A stretch of 10,154 bases of DNA from a virus, in UHGV virus genome UHGV-1550841; one strand, written 5' to 3'. A program made the position numbers and the translations under genes. The number at the start of each line of letters is the position of its first letter. The first letter of the stretch is position 1. The notes under the pieces are model-generated. The model was given only the letters and a program-made list of their open reading frames with translations, searched no databases and had not been told where the DNA came from. Positions 6,431 to 10,154 of the stretch are shown here, in pieces.

Positions 6431-6455
6431 ATAAAAAAGCCGCCAGAAGGCGGCT
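6431..6455 (-). terminator. Rho-independent terminator downstream of the repressor gene (minus strand)
   Basis: Stem AGCCGCC (6438-6444) / GGCGGCT (6449-6455) with AGAA loop; on the minus strand it is followed by a run of T (plus-strand AAAAAA at 6433-6438). Confidence 0.6.
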
Positions 6456-6476
6456 TACTTACTGAAAAATATGATT

Positions 6477-7061
6477 TTATTGTTTGTTTTTTTCGTTCTG
6501 GTTGATGACAAATTCAATGTAACTTTCGATCTTTGCTTTCTCGGTTTCGGGTAACAATGCGTAGCGCGAGCGGTCATAGTTGATAGTCGCAGGGTCGTGC
6601 GGGTGAATCAGTAGTTCATAGCCGTGACGCCCGAATGCGGATGCAACATTCTCCAGGGTGGAAATGGAAACGCTGACCTCATTGTTTAACAGGCGGCTGA
6701 TTGTCACCTGGGCGACGCCGGATGCGCGGTGAAGTTTTCCCTGTGTTGAAAGGTCGCGGCTTTCGCTCATCCAGCGTTCCAGGTTGTGAGCCGCCAGCTG
6801 ACCTATATCGCTCGGGCCGACAGGCTGAAAACCCTCCTGAGAAAGCGAACGATCAATATCAAGCCAGTTACGGGGTTTATTGGCGGCAGCTTCAATTTTT
6901 CGCGCAACCTGGTCGCCGATAACCTTCTTGCCAAGAGCCCAGCGGTTTACCAGATTTGCCTGAGTTCCAAGTTTTTCTGCCATCCGCGTCTGAACACCAT
7001 TGAATTCACGGTCGATCAAGTCGTTGAGATTTTGCCTGCGGACGTCCTGGATACTTTTCAT
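6477..7061 (-). CDS. Immunity repressor candidate with two tandem HTH (XRE-like) domains and no recognisable LexA/S24-type autocleavage domain
   Basis: 194 aa. N-terminal HTH-like segment (TRMAEKLGTQANLVNRW) and a second HTH-like segment (LHRASGVAQVTISRLLNNEVSVSISTLENVASAFG). Transcribed divergently from the Cro-like gene; flanked by operator palindromes on both sides and followed by a hairpin terminator. Confidence 0.75.
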   Translation of the reverse strand: MKSIQDVRRQNLNDLIDREFNGVQTRMAEKLGTQANLVNRWALGKKVIGDQVARKIEAAANKPRNWLDIDRSLSQEGFQPVGPSDIGQLAAHNLERWMSESRDLSTQGKLHRASGVAQVTISRLLNNEVSVSISTLENVASAFGRHGYELLIHPHDPATINYDRSRYALLPETEKAKIESYIEFVINQNEKNKQ

Positions 7062-7116
7062 TTTCTGGAAAATCGCCTCATATATGAATCAGTAGATGAT
7101 TCAATTTAAAGCAATA

Positions 7117-7131
7117 TTACCCAACAGGTAA
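7117..7131. promoter_or_regulatory. Operator OR site 1: perfect palindrome TTACC-CAACA-GGTAA
   Basis: Perfect half-sites in the divergent repressor / Cro-like intergenic region. Confidence 0.5.
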
Positions 7132-7133
7132 AT

Positions 7134-7148
7134 GCACCTCATAGGTAA
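7134..7148. promoter_or_regulatory. Operator OR site 2 (imperfect): GCACC-TCATA-GGTAA
   Basis: 8/10 match to the half-site consensus, 2 bp from site 1. Confidence 0.3.
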
Positions 7149-7164
7149 CTATCCTTGATTTTTG

Positions 7165-7179
7165 TTACCTTATGGGTGA
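7165..7179. promoter_or_regulatory. Operator OR site 3 (imperfect): TTACC-TTATG-GGTGA
   Basis: 9/10 match; lies between a -35-like TTGATT (7155-7160) and the Cro-like start. Confidence 0.3.
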
Positions 7180-7215
7180 ATATTTATTATCTGAAATAAA
7201 TATCAGGCAATAGCT

Positions 7216-7446
7216 ATGAGCGATAACGGACATTTCGATTTCAAAAAGCACTGGCTTGCACTTACTCCGGATGAGCGTGAAGCCTTCGCACAGGAAGCCG
7301 GAACGACGAGTCACTATATCCAGACTCACTTAACAGGTAAGCGCAAAATGCCAGGTAAAGTATTGATGAATGGGCTTTTTAAAGCCTGTAAAACAAGACA
7401 ATGGTTGCGCTCAAAAGCAGAACTGGCATACTTCTTCTACTCATGA
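7216..7446 (+). CDS. Cro-like (possibly CII-like) small HTH regulator, first gene of the rightward operon
   Basis: 76 aa. HTH-like segment EAFAQEAGTTSHYIQTHLTGKRKMPGKVLMNG. Position directly divergent from the repressor across the operator cluster. Confidence 0.55.
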   Translation: MSDNGHFDFKKHWLALTPDEREAFAQEAGTTSHYIQTHLTGKRKMPGKVLMNGLFKACKTRQWLRSKAELAYFFYS

Positions 7447-7468
7447 TATCCAGCTACACCCCTCTGTA

Positions 7469-7490
7469 GACCGCCACCCGGCGGTCTTTT
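7469..7490 (+). terminator. tR1-like rho-independent terminator after the Cro-like gene
   Basis: Stem GACCGCC (7469-7475) / GGCGGTC (7480-7486), loop ACCC, then TTTT. Confidence 0.5.
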
Positions 7491-7501
7491 CATATCTATT
7501 C

Positions 7502-7516
7502 GCACCTTAAAGGTAA
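7502..7516. promoter_or_regulatory. Operator-like palindrome (imperfect): GCACC-TTAAA-GGTAA, upstream of the replication genes
   Basis: 8/10 match; same TTAAA spacer as the site at 612-626 and same GCACC left half as OR site 2. Confidence 0.3.
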
Positions 7517-7597
7517 TAAAAAACCAAATATGGTTGATCTTTTTTTTGTGTCAGCACAAAATAACCGTAATCCCAATACTAATAACAGGGCTTACCA

Positions 7598-7797
7598 TGG
7601 AAATCATTACACGTATTGATGCCGCAAAGCGCGGACTTAAACGCTACTACACCGGAAAAACATGTAAGCACGGACATGACAGTGAACGCTGGGTTTACAA
7701 TGGACACTGTGTTGAGTGCACCATGGAATCAAACCGTCGTATCAGGGCAGAGATTAAGCAGATCATGATTAATTCCTCCCCACAACATTCAAGCTGA
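7598..7797 (+). CDS. Small Cys/His-rich (putative zinc-binding) protein at the cII position
   Basis: 66 aa from ATG 7598 (MEIITRIDAAKRGLKRYYTGKTCKHGHDSERWVYNGHCVEC...), motif C-x-H-x-H...C-x2-C. The longer ORF in the track starts at TTG 7534 and would run through the operator and terminator region, so the ATG is preferred. Confidence 0.4.
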
Positions 7798-7812
7798 TAG
7801 CGGAGATTAATC

Positions 7813-8628
7813 ATGAGCAGACATGCAACAGATTGGGCCTGGGAGACAGATCCAGGTAGCTCGTCATTAAAGCTCATACTGCTCTCGATGGCTGACAGAG
7901 CCGATGAATATAACCTCTGCTACCCCAGCATAGAACGCCTCGTTAAAGACACTTGCCTGAATAAAAAAACCGTGCAGGCCGGGCTTATATCGCTCATGAA
8001 AATGGGGCTTATTTCAGATACCGGAGAGAGAAAGGGAGCGACGAAAAGAGTGCGGGTTTTCTCTCTTAATATAACCAAAAACGGGAACATTAAAGGCAAC
8101 CGGGAAGGGGGTAACGAACCCGAAAACGGTAATGTTACCGAAAACGGGAATATACCCAAAAACGGGATGTTGAATGATCCCAAAAACGGGATGTTGAATG
8201 ATCCCAAAAACGGGATCCAGAACCAGTCATATAACCAGTCATTTAACCAAGAGAGGGAGAGCAGGACAAAAAGCGGGGATTCTGTGCCTCATGACCCCGG
8301 AGCAAACAACGCCGTGATGAATAACTTTGTTCCTCCTGGTGGGCCAGGGCAATTAGGCAAATTTGTCATGCATGAACAATGGCAGCCATCAGATGACTTT
8401 CTTCGGAAAAGCTCATTGCAGGGGATCTACCTGGACAGTCTGCCAACGGCACAGGAACTTGCAGAGTTCAGAATTTACTGGATGGCTGAGGGTAAGGCAT
8501 ACCATCAGGCACAGTGGGAGCAGAAGCTGGCAAGGCGGCTGCAGATTAGCAGACAGAAGCAATCAACATTACCTGATAACAACGTTCCGCACTGGAACAG
8601 CCCTGAAGCATGGGAGGATTTCTTGTGA
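7813..8628 (+). CDS. Replication initiator, lambda-O-like in organisation (N-terminal winged-helix, internal iteron-encoded repeat linker, C-terminal domain)
   Basis: 271 aa. GGAG SD 8 nt upstream of ATG 7813. N-terminal HTH-like region (LKLILLSMADRADEYNLCYPSIERLVKDTCLNKKTVQAGLISLMKMGLI). The central part is encoded by direct DNA repeats (iterons). Directly followed by a lambda-P-like gene. Confidence 0.75.
   Translation: MSRHATDWAWETDPGSSSLKLILLSMADRADEYNLCYPSIERLVKDTCLNKKTVQAGLISLMKMGLISDTGERKGATKRVRVFSLNITKNGNIKGNREGGNEPENGNVTENGNIPKNGMLNDPKNGMLNDPKNGIQNQSYNQSFNQERESRTKSGDSVPHDPGANNAVMNNFVPPGGPGQLGKFVMHEQWQPSDDFLRKSSLQGIYLDSLPTAQELAEFRIYWMAEGKAYHQAQWEQKLARRLQISRQKQSTLPDNNVPHWNSPEAWEDFL
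8076..8218. repeat. Origin-type iterons inside the O-like gene: six copies of an AAAACGG(G) core, including a perfect 24-bp tandem repeat
   Basis: Cores start at 8078, 8123, 8141, 8159, 8183 and 8207. CCCAAAAACGGGATGTTGAATGAT occurs at 8155-8178 and 8179-8202, with a partial third copy at 8203-8218. Followed by the direct repeat AACCAGTCAT x2 (8221-8242). Confidence 0.6.
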
Positions 8629-9410
8629 ACAACGTTTTTACCGCGATACAAAACCGTGACGGAGAAGCCCTTTCTCGCATGTCAGGTTATGAGCATCAGT
8701 ACGTCAACAATGACAATGTGGTGAACATGTCAGCAGAGAGGCTTGTTGATGCCCTTTTTAAACAGCTGAAACAACTGTTTCCGGCGGCAGTGGTAACCAA
8801 CCTGAAGACGCCAGAGCAGGAAGTTGCTGCAAAACAGCAGTGGATTGCTGCGTTTGCCGAAGGGGGGATCCGAACCCGTGAACAGGTTTCTGCTGGTATG
8901 CGCCACGCCCGCGCCAGTGAATCTCCGTTCTGGCCGTCTCCAGGGCAATTTATCAAGTGGTGCAAAGACAGCAAGATGGTTCTTGGCGTCACCATTGACG
9001 ATGTGATGGCGGAGTTTCACCGGTACAGCAAGGAAAAAAGTTTATATCCTGGTGGTCCCGAAAGATTCCCGTGGCGACATCCGGTTATGTACTGGGTCGT
9101 ATGTGATACCCGCCGTGCAATGTATCAGCGCCAGCTTAGCGAGATTGAGGTTGAGAAACACGCACGCAGGCTGCTCGATGATTGGGCGAAAAAGGTGGCT
9201 TCCGGACAGCAGATACCCGATCCGGTGATCAGCATACAGGCAAAGCCAGAGCCCATGAGTACGCCTCCGGACACAGGGAGAGACGTTTACCATCCACCAG
9301 GGCGAAGTTTCGGGTGCATGCCTAACGCCGCCACCCTTGGGGGAATAACACCGGCGCAGTGGCTGATGGAGGAATACAGGCGGGGAAAGGCGGCAGGATT
9401 TATCAAGTAA
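8625..9410 (+). CDS. Lambda-P-like replication protein (helicase loader)
   Basis: Translation aligns by eye with lambda P as I recall it (FPA...QW.AAF.E.GI.T.EQV.AGMR.AR....PF.PSPGQF..WC, and LYP....PW...YW). GTG 8625 has a GGGAGGA SD at 8612-8618 and overlaps the O-like stop; ATG 8610 is an alternative start. Confidence 0.8.
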   Translation: MNNVFTAIQNRDGEALSRMSGYEHQYVNNDNVVNMSAERLVDALFKQLKQLFPAAVVTNLKTPEQEVAAKQQWIAAFAEGGIRTREQVSAGMRHARASESPFWPSPGQFIKWCKDSKMVLGVTIDDVMAEFHRYSKEKSLYPGGPERFPWRHPVMYWVVCDTRRAMYQRQLSEIEVEKHARRLLDDWAKKVASGQQIPDPVISIQAKPEPMSTPPDTGRDVYHPPGRSFGCMPNAATLGGITPAQWLMEEYRRGKAAGFIK

Positions 9411-9415
9411 TACCA

Positions 9416-9435
9416 GCGCGATAGCGCATTTTTTT
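9416..9435 (+). terminator. Weak hairpin plus T-tract after the P-like gene
   Basis: GCGC-GATA-GCGC followed by ATTTTTTT. Stem is only 4 bp, so strength is doubtful. Confidence 0.25.
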
Positions 9436-9447
9436 ACGTCTCAATAA

Positions 9448-9462
9448 TTACCTATCAGGTAA
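9448..9462. promoter_or_regulatory. Operator: perfect palindrome TTACC-TATCA-GGTAA
   Basis: Perfect half-sites, 19 bp upstream of a -35-like TTGATT. Confidence 0.5.
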
Positions 9463-9481
9463 CAAAACATTCTAAAATCTA

Positions 9482-9510
9482 TTGATTTCGTGTCTTATGT
9501 GGTTTTTAAT
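9482..9510 (+). promoter_or_regulatory. Sigma70-like promoter (-35 TTGATT at 9482-9487, 17-bp spacer, -10 TTTAAT at 9505-9510) bracketed by two operators
   Basis: Hexamers and spacing read directly; geometry relative to the flanking palindromes is identical to the PL-like promoter. Confidence 0.4.
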
Positions 9511-9524
9511 TACCTTAGAGGTAA
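9510..9524. promoter_or_regulatory. Operator: perfect palindrome TTACC-TTAGA-GGTAA overlapping the -10, start region and SD of the DUF1064-like gene
   Basis: Perfect half-sites; centre-to-centre 62 bp from the site at 9448-9462. Confidence 0.5.
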
Positions 9525-9527
9525 ATC

Positions 9528-9872
9528 ATGAGAAAACAGATACAGGCTCTTGGTCGACTCAAAACAGGCCAGATGAACAAAACAGAATCTGCGTATTGCC
9601 AGCACCTTGAGCAGCGTAAACGTGCAGGGGAAATCGCCTGGTATCGATTCGAGGGTATCAAGTTGCGGTTAGCTGACAACACGTTCTATACGCCCGATTT
9701 TGCTGTGATGCTCGCCACCGGCGAGATGGAACTGCACGAAGTGAAAGGTTTCTGGACCGACGACGCCAGGGTGAAAACCAAAGTCGCCGCAGATCAGTAT
9801 CCGTTCCGAATCATCGGGGTAACGGTTAAGCCAAAGAAAGCAGGTGGTGGCTGGAACATCGAAGAGTTCTGA
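9528..9872 (+). CDS. DUF1064-like phage protein (small, possibly nuclease-fold)
   Basis: 114 aa. Pattern KTESAY..HLEQRKRAGEI..YRFEGIKLRLADNTFYTPDF...HEVKGFWT resembles what I recall of the DUF1064 prophage family. AGAGGT SD 5 nt upstream of ATG. Confidence 0.5.
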   Translation: MRKQIQALGRLKTGQMNKTESAYCQHLEQRKRAGEIAWYRFEGIKLRLADNTFYTPDFAVMLATGEMELHEVKGFWTDDARVKTKVAADQYPFRIIGVTVKPKKAGGGWNIEEF

Positions 9873-9933
9873 ATCGACGATCTTTTTAGTTATCAATGTA
9901 ATCAATAAGTTATGTGGATAAGCGAGGGTAAAG

Positions 9934-10154
9934 ATGGAAAGTAATATCAAAGGGTTAGTTGCCGCCGGGCATGAGATGGCTTCGGAACTGAAAGCAGAAT
10001 GTGGTGCCGTTGATATGCGCAGTGTGGCAAAGCTGATCAGCGATTTGGCAACGCAACTGGAAGTGCAACTGGTGCGTGCTAATGCGCTGGCCGAAGACCA
10101 CCAGAGAGCGATTGAGTCAATTAAGCAGGCTGATTCGGCTGTTAAGTTGGCACA
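9934..10154 (+). CDS. Hypothetical protein, 5' part only (continues beyond window end)
   Basis: ATG 9934 preceded by GAGGG (9924-9928). Frame stays open to the window edge (MESNIKGLVAAGHEMASELKAECGAVDMRSVAKLISDLATQLEVQLVRANALAEDHQRAIESIKQADSAVKLA...). Confidence 0.4.
   Translation, partial: MESNIKGLVAAGHEMASELKAECGAVDMRSVAKLISDLATQLEVQLVRANALAEDHQRAIESIKQADSAVKLA

Noticed and set aside
7134-7148. GCACC half-sites as NtrC or sigma54-type elements
   Set aside because: Only partial resemblance (GCACC); no GG-N10-GC sigma54 promoter nearby; better explained as degenerate copies of the phage operator.
7920-8207. Minus-strand ORF 7920-8207 with repetitive translation (GSFNIPFLG repeated)
   Set aside because: Antisense reading of the iteron repeats inside the O-like gene; the repetition is a DNA-repeat artefact.
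8155-8218. Tandem 24-bp direct repeats considered as a possible CRISPR array
   Set aside because: Only about 2.7 contiguous units with no spacers, inside a coding sequence with an in-frame peptide repeat; fits origin iterons, not CRISPR.
8696-9293. Minus-strand ORFs 8696-8995, 8730-9020 and 9042-9293, and plus ORFs 8363-8659 and 8824-9006
   Set aside because: Antisense to or out of frame with the O-like and P-like genes, whose products are family-typical.

Overview
This window reads as a lambdoid temperate-phage (or prophage) segment, ordered left to right as: end of a lysis cassette (Rz-like i-spanin with an embedded Rz1-like lipoprotein), a putative attachment region, a P4-type tyrosine integrase, then a convergent leftward early operon (PL-like promoter at ~6400 reading down to 1928: small ORF, hypothetical, small HTH protein, RecE-like exonuclease, RecT/Bet recombinase, AlpA/Xis-like protein, hypothetical, MT-A70 adenine methyltransferase, PP-lambda-type phosphatase), an immunity region (terminator, two-HTH repressor on the minus strand, operator cluster, Cro-like gene), and a replication module (Cys/His-rich small protein, O-like initiator with internal iterons, lambda-P-like helicase loader), followed by a second operator-flanked promoter, a DUF1064-like gene and a partial gene. 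The most striking signals are DNA-level: a 15-bp palindrome TTACC-N5-GGTAA present in five perfect and four imperfect copies at five promoter regions, with two promoters sharing identical operator geometry, and a 10-mer GTGACGGTAT present in five perfect copies around and inside the integrase gene. All protein calls are from reading the translations against remembered family motifs; no database search was run.
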